Origin: Veleropilina oligotropha
Taxonomy: Eukaryota
NCBI GenBank assembly: GCA_048128005.1
Contig: JBEUKZ010000018.1
Coordinates: 124,001-188,000 of the forward strand
Direction: 5' to 3'
Length of the DNA stretch: 64,000 nucleotides
Positions 1-12,435 of the stretch are shown here, piece after piece. Made by a program: the position numbers and the translations under genes. Each line of letters opens with the position of its first letter. The first letter of the stretch is position 1. Below the pieces are notes generated by a model that ran no database searches, had not been told where the DNA came from, and saw only the letters and a program-made list of their open reading frames with translations.

Positions 1-870
1 GGGCCATGATACCATATAATATCACATCACATAGAGTAAGGCCTATTATATTGCTGTTTCATCTAACTCGTACATGGATCCAGAGCCAATTAAAGACCTC
101 AATTGGTCTTACAGTTGGAACAAAAAACAGCAATAGCACATCATTTGACGTGACAAAGGCTTTCGAGACCGTGGATCTAGAAGCTCAAGACAGACTGATT
201 CATGCGTGCATGCATAAGTCTTAGAAAATGTGAAAGCCCTTTACTTGAAGATTTCGATGTAACCAAAGGCTTTATAAGCCGTTGTGTATTTGAACTATAT
301 CTCTGTCCAACGTTAATATGTACATGGCAAGGGCGTCGGAAGCAAGTTGACATTGTTCCCACGAATGTTATGAAGGGGATGGTAGGCCTACCACTCTCCT
401 ATGCAGTGACGGTATTTCGTTATACTACATACATATTAGTAAGATACGGGTTATTTTAACTGCGTGGGGGTGGTGCCCCACGCGGAGGAAAATTTTGACA
501 ATTAATAGTGTGAAACCCTCTTTCCTGCATTCTGACAGTGCAAATCGCCATATTTTTACCATCAAAATTGTTACTGGACCCCCTGAACCCTCCCCCTGAA
601 TCCGCCCTTGACAAATATCCACAACCTGCCAAAATATTGGTCCGGCAAGTGCCGGACGGGCCTGCCGGACCGGTTCCGACGCCCCTGGGGCCATGATGTG
701 CAATGCCCCTAGGCAATCTGATGCCTCTATCAAATTATTATATAATATTACCCTAACCCTCAGTGAAACATCGTCGCGACATTTACAAAAGTAGTGAACT
801 AGACTATTTCTGGTAACAGTTCCTTCGTTTAAAAAATGCTGGAAATGAACTACATTTGAATTAATAGCAA

Positions 871-1151
871 TAAAATATGTTTGTTATCAATTTATTTTGC
901 TTAATTGCGTATGAGGTTTTACGTAACAAACACTTATTATGCAAACATTTATTTGACACATTATCGGCCTAGGCCTGCCTACTACGCGGGATAAAAGTCG
1001 ATGAAACTAATTTAGTTTCATCGACTTTTATCCCGCGTAGTAGGCAGGCCTAGGCCGATAATGTGTCAAATAAATGTTTGCATAATAAGTGTTTGTTACG
1101 TAAAACCTCATACGCAATTAAGCAAAATAAATTGATAACAAACATATTTTA
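871..1151. repeat. Perfect palindrome, 140-bp arms with a 1-nt spacer (centre 1011)
   Basis: 871-1010 reads as the exact reverse complement of 1012-1151. Confidence 0.95.
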
Positions 1152-1192
1152 GTAATCAAAGTGCCCTAAAGCAATGCTGTAGGCCGGCCTAT

Positions 1193-1330
1193 TAACAGAA
1201 CGCCTCTTCACATAAATATATACGACAAAAGATAAATATCTACACAATGTGAAAATGAGTTTCTATAATATTATCCCCACCAATACCTAAACGCAATCTT
1301 CACACACGTGTGAAGAATGCGTTCTGTTTA
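1193..1330. repeat. Small imperfect inverted repeat / MITE remnant
   Basis: aacagaacgc.tcttcaca ... tgtgaagaatgcgttctgtt. Confidence 0.55.
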
Positions 1331-1629
1331 TAGCGTTTATATAAATTAATATATATATAATTATGAAATATGAATCCCGACATTTTCTGAAGAACATTAA
1401 TTGTGCGCAATAATTATGTCATTGTAAAAATATATTAAGAAACAATCGACGCGTTTGGTGTCTGGTTAGTAATTAAGATACTTGTCTTTCCATTTGAAGT
1501 AATTAAATATCCTATATCAAGTATTATCTTTTTCACATACATGTATACAATGTTATAAATGAGCCCGCCGTATATCAATTACTAGTACATCTTATCAGGC
1601 GATCGACGCATTATCGCGTTTCATTACCG

Positions 1630-1771
1630 GCAACAAGTGCCCGCCGCATCAGCCAATCAAATCGCCTGGAGCTGTTATTACGCGATGTCAATAACACCAC
1701 GTGCTGCATTGATTTGGGGGTGGGATGAATTTGGACTTGGCTAAGAAACGTGGTTTAATCACAATATTTTG
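1630..1771 (+). promoter_or_regulatory. Candidate promoter and non-coding first exon of the host gene
   Basis: CpG-containing patch with a CCAAT box (agccaatca ~1651) and an E-box (cacgtg ~1698), ending in a consensus donor TTG|gtaagt at 1771/1772. Confidence 0.35.
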
Positions 1772-4046
1772 GTAAGTATTTAGAATTAAATATAATTAAT
1801 GTAAAATATATCTTGTGCGTATTGTATTTTAACATTCTGCTGAGTGATGTTTCTTTCACATTTTATCACATAACTTGACTTTTGACGTTTTGGTTTGCAC
1901 GGAGTCAACTTCAAAGTGGTGCGACAGCTTTTCTTTTGTCGTTATAAGTTACATACACGCAGGGCTCGAAAGGAATATTACAGAACATGTAATAATATTG
2001 TAAGACGATGCTTATTTACAAATGTAAATATCAATGTCAAATTATTGTATCCTGAAATGACGTACACAAAATCATCTATTTCAAGTGAATTACGATGTTT
2101 TTATTTTTAGAAATTATGCTTAGGCCTCTAATCATGATGCTGATCAAAGGGCAATATTAATACTATAATATATTATTACAATTATCATAGTCACCAGTGT
2201 GTAGTTCCGTATGAGATATTTTAACTTTTCATGTAATGTAGGTATACCGGTAATGATATATATAAAAATATGAACTACAGATCCCAAATTGTTATGCAGA
2301 ATAAATTAAATTGTACAATTAAATGTGTTTGTTTTAAAGGGTCTGTTTTTATATACGCCAACATATGATAATATCACTAGCTCTTGCACTATTATGCCTT
2401 TATGGATCTTTTGAATAATATACATTTTATCTCAAAGTTTAGTTAAATTAAATCCATGACAATTGTGTTTGACCATGCTCAGAATACCTGATAGGTGCTT
2501 CAGACAAAACCGTCTGATCAGATGGAAATGTTAAACAGGGATCCTGATTGCTGTGAACTCGACAATTAATTATTAGAAAAAGTTTTAAAATCTGAAGCCG
2601 ATGCCATCAAATGAATAACTGAAGGAAGAATGTAACTCTCTTCAAGTGTGAATAATTAACCATTAAACTATACAGTTTTAATTAAAAGTATATTTTGCTG
2701 TAATATCCGGCACTCTACCTTTGTCTATAGTTTTTCTCGGGTCTTTTCTGTGTAACTAATACTTGATTGTAGTTTGATTTTTGATAATTTTTGTAATTTT
2801 TTAATGTTTTCAATTTGTTACTGACCATTGACTCCATGTTGGCAGCATTTCTGTTGTCATGGATACATGGCTTCTGTGATTGATTTGCACCGGATTGACA
2901 TCAATCACAGAGATGCATTCCATTGTATTTTATTCATATTCGTTTAGCGGCTAGTTTTATGTCGGTATGTACACATTTCTCGTGTTAAACATAAATTTTA
3001 ACTTTTCTTTATATATATTTATATTCTGTCTATGTTATATTGTTGTCGGATGTCTTTTTGACTTCTTGACTTTTCTCTGTGTGTGTATGTCAGAATCCCA
3101 ATAAACAGAACACAATAAACATAGCGAGTAATTGCAAGCGAGAAGCTATGTTGGCTCAAACAGAAACACAGTCATCCTTAATCAGGATGCTAATTGACTT
3201 CATCTTTTGTCAACAACACTTGTTGACAATTTAAATCGGCTAGCTTATAGCAGATCGATGTGAGATCAATAGGATCCCGACAGCGATATATTGTACAATA
3301 CGCGACGTACAATTGGTCGTGTCATCTGGCACGCGACTAATAGCAAATACTGTGTGCTGGGTATGTATAAATAGCCAATGTAAGAATTTTAGTGTGAAAC
3401 ACGGTTTATGATTTTCATTTGACATTTTATTGCTAGCAAATATATTCAGTTTTTGTCATAATTCTTAGTCTATATAAACTAAATTGTATATGTTTGCAAC
3501 ATATCTTGTAACTTAAAAGTGAAGGATCTTTAATATATACATGTATTCAAGATGGTTGCTCGCTTTTCACATTCTGTTAGTGTGACCAAGTCGAACCTTG
3601 TATGCATTAAGGTGGGACTGCAATGGAAACAAATCTTTTGTTTTGAAGTTGAAGCAATTACCATGATTAATGAAGAGATCATGTTGCACGCATGTGTTCC
3701 GATCCAGGCGCATATGTTCCGATCAAGGCGATCAGTTGTTTGATCAGAAATATACATGACAAAACGGCCAGTATAATTTGGTAACACAGATCAGGCACTT
3801 GCATATGGGATGATGGATTTGCCTAGTAAAAGTCATTAAAACCTGATATAAGATGTTAACTTATTGTTTGTTTTCATTTATATTGATTACATAATTTGTG
3901 ACCGCATTGTCCATAAGTTAGCCTACATAAACAGTCCATTTATAACTACTCTGGTGTTATTTCACCACGGAAAACGGGAAATTCCCACTCTTAGGTCAAA
4001 TATGACGTCATGGGTCAACAGACACTCGTGTACTATGAAAAAGAGA

Positions 4047-4639
4047 AGGCATGGAACTTCAAAAATGAATTTCCACTGATTGTACACACCCCACCGTACA
4101 TGCCGTAGTATGACAGTTCAAACATCAAATTAATGCAGTGTACTGTCTGTAGCTTAACCATACATCAATCGATTCAATAGATATTAAACATAACGTCAAT
4201 CCAATGTTTTAAGAAATGTAAACCCGCACTACAGCAATATCGAGAAAAACGTACGTTTTATCGCTGTAAAATCTCTTCGAATGGAAGTACGAGATCGGTT
4301 CCAGTGGCCAGTTGTTGATTGGCATCCATTAGCATTGTAGCAGATGACTTATTTACGCTCTAGGAAAATCTCTCACTGCGAGTCTTAATCTGTAATTGGC
4401 TGACCATTGTACTTCCGTTCGAAGAGAATTTACGGTGATAAAACTTACGTTTTTCTAGGTATTGCTGTAGTGGGGGTTTATATTTCTTAAAACATTGGAT
4501 TGACGTTATTTTTAATATCTATTGAATCGATTGATGTATGGTTAGGCTGCAGACAGTGCATTAATTTGACGTTTGAACTGTCATACTACAGCGGGGGGGT
4601 GTAAAATCAGTGAAAATTCATTTTTGAAGTTGCATGCCT
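4047..4639. mobile_element. Fold-back element / MITE with ~250-bp imperfect inverted arms
   Basis: aggcatggaacttcaaaaatgaattt... pairs with ...aaattcatttttgaagttgcatgcct, and the pairing continues inward to ~4290/4410. Confidence 0.85.
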
Positions 4640-4659
4640 GTGACACAGATGGGTATTAA

Positions 4660-5632
4660 CATCCTAGCCACCAAATTCCTGAGGACCAAATTCGACATAT
4701 TTTGATACCTTAATAAACATTGGGAAATACCGACATAATCGTAACTTATCATATATCACATCATTCGTCATGAAAGGTAATTGCATGACCTTTAATTTAA
4801 AAAGTTTTAATTATGCAAATAAGGTCACATGACCTCATTATGTATTCAAAATGGCCACCATCAACATCAATAATTATGATATTTTCAAATTTCAACCCCA
4901 TATTTTTATATTTATTCAAATGTTGTGCTATAAATCATTCATATTCAGATAGTATACTCATTTCGCTACAAAACGATACATTGAAGCGCAATATTTTTCA
5001 CGGTTGAGGATTTTATTCCAATATCAGCAAATATGACTAATAATGTCATCTCTAAATCAGCATTTTGTTACGTATATCAAAACACTAATGAAAGATGTTA
5101 CATATGAATAATATATGTAAGAGATGTAATTTGGAATGCCTAAATCATGCAAATATATCGTATGGTCTCATTATAATGCTCATTTTCTTCATTATAAGGC
5201 TATTCAGAGTCGCTGTCAGAAGAGGGATAGGGGTATCATGATCTGATGCATCATTATTCATATCATTTTTATCACTTTCCTCATCTGAAAGACCGTCATA
5301 CGAATCAGTCCAATTATCCAATTCAATATCACTCTTATCGTCTAACATTAATTTTTGTAAAATAACATTCTTGTTACTAAATGTACTAACACAGTGTGGA
5401 TCGTCCGCCATTTTGGAAAATATGACGCTATTATTCACAGTTGGTAATCATAAATAATATTCATCAAAAGTTGTCTATATTCTTTGTCCTTGTTCTATAT
5501 GATAGTGTTATTATTCCTTGTTATTTTAATCGGAAACTTGAACGTGGCCAAGTAATGCAAAATATATACCTTTAACAGTAAAGAGGTACACTATGCCAAG
5601 GCGCAGTATACTGCGCTCCGGTGGATATGACG
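4660..5632 (-). mobile_element. Internally deleted piggyBac-like element
   Basis: TTAA at 4656-4659 and 5633-5636. Imperfect TIRs catcctagccacc and cgtcatatccacc, and a subterminal palindrome gcgcagtatactgcgc. The minus-strand ORF (MADDPH...ILQKLMLDDKSDIELD...SDEESD) resembles the acidic N-terminus of piggyBac transposases. Confidence 0.55.
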
Positions 5633-6407
5633 TTAATGATATTAGAGGGTTAATAATCAAGTAATCACTTAACAAAATTGTAAACATGTCCAAGAAACAA
5701 TATAGTCCAATTTAATCAATTCAATTAATTACTTTACGCAAATATTTAACTTTCAATAGTAAGGGTAATGAAATTTTGTTTAATAGTCACAACTTGCGAC
5801 TCGCATGCATCTTTTAAATGTTCTTATGATTTTGAAGTAACATTGAATTTAAAGCATTGAACTATATTTTAAATCCTCACACCTCATCGTTATAAAGTAT
5901 CATACATATAATTTTAGTAAATAAACAGCGAAGAAAATCAATAATTTTGCTTTTCTGATGTTGGTTGTGATTTTATGTTTTTTATTGCATGCAACAGTCA
6001 CTCACAGGCCAACATTTTTTTAAGTAGCCACACTTGTTGATTAATGTACGCGGCATGATGCAAGTTATTTAATTGGAATGTGCAAATACTGATCGTGAGC
6101 AGGAAGTCGGTGATTAGGATGACGTAATGTTAATAAAAAGTGTGTCTCACCTGCGTAACGTCGGCTTCCAATCGCCGACCATGATCATGCAGGAAAGAAT
6201 TGCCATAAACAAAATTATCATCGACAACCGTCAATTATTGCGAATATTGAAAACTGACAGAATCGAATTGTTGGACATTGTCATATAATTTTGTCATAGG
6301 TAAGTTGTGATGATAAAAGGGCTCAAAGTCCAAGTCTGGGACGAGTTGAATGCGATGGGCATATTCAGTTTAGGGATGTCATGAAGTTCAAAAGTAGTTT
6401 AATTTTA

Positions 6408-6575
6408 GCTTACTGTGATGTGTCAGTGTCTTACTGTGACATGTCAGTGTCTTACTGGGACGTGTCAGTGTCTTACTGTGACATGTCAGTGTCTTACTGT
6501 GACGTGTCAGTGTCTTACTGTGATGTGTCAGTGTCTTACTGTGACGTGTCAGTGTCTTACTGTGACATGTCAGTG
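6408..6575. repeat. 21-bp minisatellite, left part (cagtgtcttactgtgacatgt)
   Basis: About 8 tandem units, continued on the other side of A1. Confidence 0.95.
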
Positions 6576-7210
6576 TATGTAGTTACAAACATACTTACGT
6601 CCTTACTCTTGCCATAATAGTCATATTATCGCCAACCGGAAACAGTGAATAAAGTCACATTTATGCACTCCTTTTAAGTCAAAACCACTACGATTACCTC
6701 CCCTGCTCCACCTCTCCTAAGTTCCCCCGGCGAGATCTCGCCATCAAAGTCACAAGACCTCAATTCAAAGTTTTCCGCCATGACGGAAAAACGTGTTTTG
6801 TTGCTCCGCAAATATTTCGATGTCTGAGATTTATACGTTAAATCGAAGGACGCTATTCAACTTATATTAATATTATAAGTTGTGGAAAGAATATACCCTG
6901 TGTTGTGGATACTTAAACATCAGTGAATTGGAAGATTATATCAAAAACTTCGAGAAGTTGTGTGATTACAAGTGAAACCGACATCGCCGCCGTTGCCGAG
7001 AAAAGCATAGCCGCTTAGAGGGGAAGTTTCGTGTGTTTATTAACCGGCCTCGGTGCTCCCAGTTCGGGGTTATTTTGCGGTATATCGCCTGATCTTTGAT
7101 CTTCAGATCAGGGCAATTTAAAAGTTGTCGTAGTAAAAAGTCACAACTACCAAACATATACTTCTTTAACTACCCCGTCCACCCACTTCCACCCTCCCGT
7201 GTATTCAGCT

Positions 7211-9457
7211 ATGGTCCGGTGCAGCGACTCCGGGTGTAACCAGAAGATCCACGGGTTTGATAAGCACACGGAATGCCGTATTCACCGTAATTGTAGTAAA
7301 AAATACAAATGTGAACTGTGCTTAGCTTTGACAGATAGGCAGTGGGCGATTATTTTCCCTCCGGTGAAGCCGACCAGGGCGGCTGCCACGGTGGGTCCTC
7401 CCCCGGAGAAGGGTCAGGAAGAGACTGGTAAGTTAGGGGCTAATGTTTCTTCTTTGTCTGCTTCAGGGACGCTGGACGACAGCCGGCGTAAGGTACCGTC
7501 TGTCGCCGGATCTACCGGCGAAACCTCCGCGACTCATGGGGGAGTCGCCGAAACCTTGCCGGGACCCCAGATTCAGGTAGGAGCCCGAGCGCTGTCCGTT
7601 ACTCCTCCAATGGGCCTAGTAGCTGCAGCCAACCATACCTTGCCGGCTAGCAAGGTATATCTGGCAGCGCAGCGAACAGCTAAGCAGGGCAGACGATCCC
7701 CCTCCTGTTCTTCGGCCTCGAAGAACACGGGATACGTTAGTCCTTCTGCGGGAAACTCTCCGTTTAACGACGGTGAGCAACCCAATGAGAAAGCCAATAT
7801 AGAGGCCGGACACCATTACGATGGTCTAAGATCCGGACAATTGGCGACGCCTGAAACCTCGTCCGAGACCGACGCGACTAACCCTTGGGTTTTTCCGCTC
7901 AACCTCAGAGCTCACGATGTTTTCAGAGGGCCCGTTCTCTCCCGTGCACCCACGATGGTCACGCTAGATAACGTGGACAGACCGGCTGCGTTCGGGACGA
8001 GGTTTTACGGTGATCCGACCGTGCCTCGCTCGAACAGAGCGGTAGGCCAGTACGGACTGTGGCCGCAGTCCTACAGGTCGTCCGGCCCACTGATTGCGCC
8101 TTCGGGCCAGTCTTTCGGGTTCGACCGCTCGACAGGTAACCCGAGACCCTGGTTCTCGGGACCACCTGTCCGTGCAGCCCGTCTACCTTGCGCCACGGTA
8201 TCCTCGACAGAACTACCGGCTGTTAGTTCGTCGCCCGTCATGCCTCCGGGTTTCTCCTACGAGAACGTCCAGGCAATGATCGCGGCGGAGTTCGAGGCCC
8301 GATGTAAGGCCTGGCAACCGGCTTCCCAGCCACTCCAGTTCCCTACACCTCTGCCCGTGGCGCAGAGCACAGCTCCTGCCTCCGTGATGGAGATCGACCC
8401 TCGTTCCGACGAGGACCTCGACTCCACTCACTCCGACCTCCCTGAATCGGTCGGGCCCGAAGACGGTAGTCTTTCAGGCACGAAGGAGCCGACCTCCACC
8501 ACCCGCCGAAGGCTCGACGCCGTTGCGTCACTTCGCGGGGTGCTTGGCTTGCCGGAACCGACTCGGTCGGACGTAGGCTCAGTCAAGCACAGGACGGCAG
8601 CACATCGGTTTGTTGAGAAGGAAGCCCCCGTGCTTCCTTCCTTACCTCAGTCTGGGCTGGTCGATCTAGTGGTCGACTCGACGACCAAGCTCATACAGGG
8701 GCGCAATCCGGTGGAGGCCTCCCCGCTGACCGAGTTCCCTTCAGGGTTCCGAAGTGGGAGGTACCTCCGGGCCAGTTCGCGTTCGATCCCGTTCGCTTGT
8801 ACTGGTCCGTGCCTGGCGACTGAGCCGGCTCATGTAGACGCAGCGTTGCGTCGACTGACCGCCAGTCACACTCCCTCCGTGGCGAAAGTTCCTTGGTCCG
8901 CCTTGGAAGCTTTCGAGAGCGCCGCCCGATGGGCTCTGCGGTTGTCGTCCGTTCAGGATTTTTTCCTGGACGGGGCGATAGCCGTACTACAGGAGGAAGG
9001 ACCCGGCGCCTGTGAGGCGGCCCTGTCCTTCCTCCAGGAGGTTGCTGCCGCAATGGAGACCAGCGCGTTGGAGACGGGACGTGTCCTGGGCAATGCACTC
9101 CTACTTCGTAGGGATGCTTGCCTGGAAGGCACCTCGCTAGACGAGGCCACCCGGCGCTCGTTGCGATGCGTGTCTTGCTCGGCCACCACTCTTTTTGGCG
9201 ACAATTTTACGGAATTCGTCGACAAGAGAGCGGCGGACTTGAAGGACCGTGCCATCGAGAAGGCGGTGATGCACCCCTCCCGGGGTCCACCCGCCGACTC
9301 GAGGAAGCGTTCAGGGCCCACCCGGACCCCGAAGCCTTCCAAGCGTGCAAGGCCCTCTTCTGGTGGTAGGCCTCCGGCCAGTAAACCCACTCAGAAGAGG
9401 CAAGCACCTCCAGCGAAACCCCATCAGCAGAGCGGGAGAGGGAAGCCTCGGCCCTAG
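7211..9457 (+). CDS. A1 ORF1 Gag-like protein (intact)
   Basis: ATG at 7211. N-terminal Cys/His cluster (CSDSGC...HTECRIHRNC...CELC), a helical core (LLRRDACL...LFG) and a basic C-terminal tail, as in DIRS1 ORF1. Confidence 0.9.
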   Translation: MVRCSDSGCNQKIHGFDKHTECRIHRNCSKKYKCELCLALTDRQWAIIFPPVKPTRAAATVGPPPEKGQEETGKLGANVSSLSASGTLDDSRRKVPSVAGSTGETSATHGGVAETLPGPQIQVGARALSVTPPMGLVAAANHTLPASKVYLAAQRTAKQGRRSPSCSSASKNTGYVSPSAGNSPFNDGEQPNEKANIEAGHHYDGLRSGQLATPETSSETDATNPWVFPLNLRAHDVFRGPVLSRAPTMVTLDNVDRPAAFGTRFYGDPTVPRSNRAVGQYGLWPQSYRSSGPLIAPSGQSFGFDRSTGNPRPWFSGPPVRAARLPCATVSSTELPAVSSSPVMPPGFSYENVQAMIAAEFEARCKAWQPASQPLQFPTPLPVAQSTAPASVMEIDPRSDEDLDSTHSDLPESVGPEDGSLSGTKEPTSTTRRRLDAVASLRGVLGLPEPTRSDVGSVKHRTAAHRFVEKEAPVLPSLPQSGLVDLVVDSTTKLIQGRNPVEASPLTEFPSGFRSGRYLRASSRSIPFACTGPCLATEPAHVDAALRRLTASHTPSVAKVPWSALEAFESAARWALRLSSVQDFFLDGAIAVLQEEGPGACEAALSFLQEVAAAMETSALETGRVLGNALLLRRDACLEGTSLDEATRRSLRCVSCSATTLFGDNFTEFVDKRAADLKDRAIEKAVMHPSRGPPADSRKRSGPTRTPKPSKRARPSSGGRPPASKPTQKRQAPPAKPHQQSGRGKPRP

Positions 9458-11525
9458 GGCTGCCGGCATTCGCGACGGTCCCAGCTGCCCGCTTCCGCCG
9501 GTGGGAGCGTGTCTGTTAGCGTACAGCCAGTCGTGGCTAGAGCTGACAGACAGCAGCTGGGTCCACTTAGTCGTGAGTGCCGGATACAAGTTGGCATTCA
9601 ACCGGCATCCGACCCTAACCGAGGCACCACCAACAAGACACGCTCGACTCCTTCACGGAGAAAAGCAAGCGGTCTTAGACCAGGCAGTGTGGGATTTGCT
9701 CCTCAAAGGAGCGATATATCCCGCGCCGCCCAGCACACCAGGATTTTACAGCCATTTCTTCCTGGTCCCGAAACCCGTTGGCCGCTGGCGACCGATCCTC
9801 GATCTCTCGTATCTCAACCGATATCTTCGCACCGAGAAATTCCAGCAAGAAACCCTCTGGAAGATACGAGCGGCCATCCGTCCGGGAGACTGGGCAGCGT
9901 CTATCGATCTGACCGACGCGTATCTGCATGTCCCGATGCATATCACGGCTCATCAGTACCTTCGGTTTATACACGGGGAGACGATCTACCAATTCAGGTG
10001 CCTACCGTTTGGTCTATCGTCAGCCCCGTACGTCTTCACGAGAACAGTACAGGCCCTCGGAGCCTTCCTACACTCTCTAGGGCACAGGGTACATATGTAC
10101 CTCGACGACTGGCTGATCCTCGGGGCGTCTCGGGATCTGTGCCTCCGGTCTACGAGCTTTACCCTGTCATCGACGAAGCGCCTGGGATTTCAGATCAACG
10201 AGACAAAATCCTGCTTCGTGCCCTCGACGACGTTTACGTTCCTCGGAGTCGACTTCGATACGGTCCGGTACACCGCGAAACCGACCCAGAAACGTATGCG
10301 GAACCTACGCGCGGTTATTCAAGACACCCTGTCATCGGAGATAACTACGGCGCGACAACTGGCCACTGTCCTAGGGCACATCGAGTCGGTAGCGACCCTG
10401 CTACCGACGGGTCGAATGGACAAACGACCGTTACAACAGGCGTTCAGGGATCGCTGGATACAACGGACGGGGCAGTGGACGGATCGCATCGATCTTCGGC
10501 ATTGGTTTACCAGCACAACAGCAGTGTGGTTGAACCCTGCTTTGCCGGACCAGTCGGTTCCTATATCCCCGCCAGAGACGAACGCTTACCTGTTCACAGA
10601 CGCTTCGAACGACGGCTGGGGTGGTCACCTCGACAGTTACGAGACATCAGGCCTATGGCCGACGGACCTTCAGGGACGACACATCAACTTCCTAGAGTTA
10701 GAAGCCGTCTACCTGTCAGTACGGTCCCTCTCGTCACATCTCCGCAACGAGCACATAATGCTCGCCACGGACAACACGACTGTCGTCGCTTACATCCAGC
10801 ACCAGGGCGGCACTCGCTCGCGTCCCCTTTGCGACCGAGCAATAGACCTACACCGCCTAGTGATGTCCCTCAACTCGACGATTCGAGCCCGACACATCCC
10901 GGGAAAGCTGAATGTCAGAGCGGACTCGCTCTCTCGGAAATCACAGATAATACACACAGAGTGGACGCTACACAGCCGAGTAGCTCGGGACGTTTGTCGC
11001 CGGTGGTCACAACCCCAAGTCGATCTGTTTGCAACAGAATTCAATTACCGACTACCTCTGTATGTCTCCCCGGACCCGGCCGCCCTAGCAGTCGACGCGC
11101 TGTCAATGACATGGGAGAATCTGTCCGCGTATGCCTTCCCCCCGTCGTGCATTCTGACACTGGTATTACAGAAGGCATCGAACGAACGTTGCGAGATAAC
11201 GCTAATCGCGCCCCTGTATCGCACGCAACCTTGGTTTCCGACCCTCCTCGATCTGATCGTCGATCGACCGTTAACGCTCCCGCAATGACCGGACCTGTTA
11301 ATGCAGGCGCGCAGCCGTGTATTACATCCATCGCCGAACGACTTACGTTTACACGCCTGGCGGTTATCGAACGATCCCTTGCTAAGAAAGGATTTTCTCG
11401 CGCAACAGCCCTACGCATCTACCGATCGAGAAGGCTTTCCACGACAAAAGTTTATGACTACCGATGGGTCAAGTACGTGGATTGGTGTCACAGCCGGCAG
11501 GTCAATATTCTCCGCCCCCCTGTGA
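9345..11525 (+). pseudogene. A1 pol: reverse transcriptase, RNase H and Dam-like methyltransferase; in-frame TGA at 11286-11288
   Basis: RT motifs WRPILDL, IDLTDAY, LPFGL and YLDD; RNase H motifs FTDAS, LELEAV, TDNTT and RADSLSR; MTase-like VDLFA...YAFPP. Compared with A2 it has a nonsense codon and a 6-bp deletion (YVSPDP vs YVSPYPDP). Confidence 0.92.
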
Positions 11526-12435
11526 ACAAGTTTATCGAGTTTTTATCGTCGCTCTTTGAATGCGGTATGTCAGTGTCCGCCGTCAAAGGCTATCGGGCAA
11601 CGGTCGCGACCACGTTAAAACAGTGCCGTGCCCATGTTAGCCTATCTAGCGATCGAACGATTTCGGATTTTCTACGATCCTACGAACTCGAGATTCCGAC
11701 CCGAACCATACGGCCACCTGCCTGGAACATCGTTCTCATTCTTAACGCTCTACACTTACCGCCGTACGAGCCTATGTCCACGGCGTCTATGAGGGACTTA
11801 ACGCACAAAACGGTTTTTCTGATCGCCTTAGCGTCGGGCAGGCGTTGTTCCGAGATTCATAGTTTATCCGTAGAGCTACGAGACGTTCGCTTCCAGTCAG
11901 ACGGGTCGGTGATGCTGCGTCCTATCTTGGGTTTTCTCGCCAAGAATCAACGGCCGAACGAAGACGCACCCGATATTATTATCCCCAAGCTTACGCTGGT
12001 CGGAAGGCACGATATAGACCGGTTAAACTGCCCCGTGCGGGCCCTGCGCTTCTACCTCGACAGGACCCGTGATATGCGGCAAGGAAAATTACGTTTATTC
12101 ATTTCGTATTTACCTTCATATACCCGCGACATTACGAAGACGACTGTTTCGCGGTGGATTTCACAGGTAGTGAGAGATGTATACTCTCCTATGAAGAAGT
12201 AGACCGCACTATTTTATCCGTCCGCGCGCACGAGGTCCGTGCAATTGCGGCTTCCATTGCCTTCCGACATAGCTTAAATATCACAGCGTTGCTTCAAGCA
12301 GGTTACTGGAAGAATGCAAATGTCTTTGTTAAACATTACCTGCGGGATTATTCAACAGGTGCTGATGGTTTGAGCAGTCTAGAGTGTGTGGCTGCTCAAC
12401 GATGTATTGTTAGACCGAGGTCGTCTAATCAGTGA
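9458..12435 (+). pseudogene. A1 ORF3: long frame overlapping pol and ending in a tyrosine recombinase; 1-bp frameshift near 12189
   Basis: SAM-like N-domain (STTKVYDYRW...VKGYRATV), catalytic R (SGRRCSEI) and CPVRAL. H-x-x-R (AHEVRA) and the catalytic Y (FVKHYLR) fall in the shifted frame 12154-12435. Confidence 0.9.

Noticed and set aside
1895..4079. Scattered 60-100-aa ORFs in AT-rich intronic DNA, here and at 50-63 kb
   Set aside because: They have no recognisable domains, mostly non-ATG starts and chance-level lengths.
9345..12435. Bacterial or phage RT + methyltransferase + integrase system (retron, DGR or prophage)
   Set aside because: The ITR/ICR structure, gag and overlapping RT/YR frames fully match eukaryotic DIRS1 elements.
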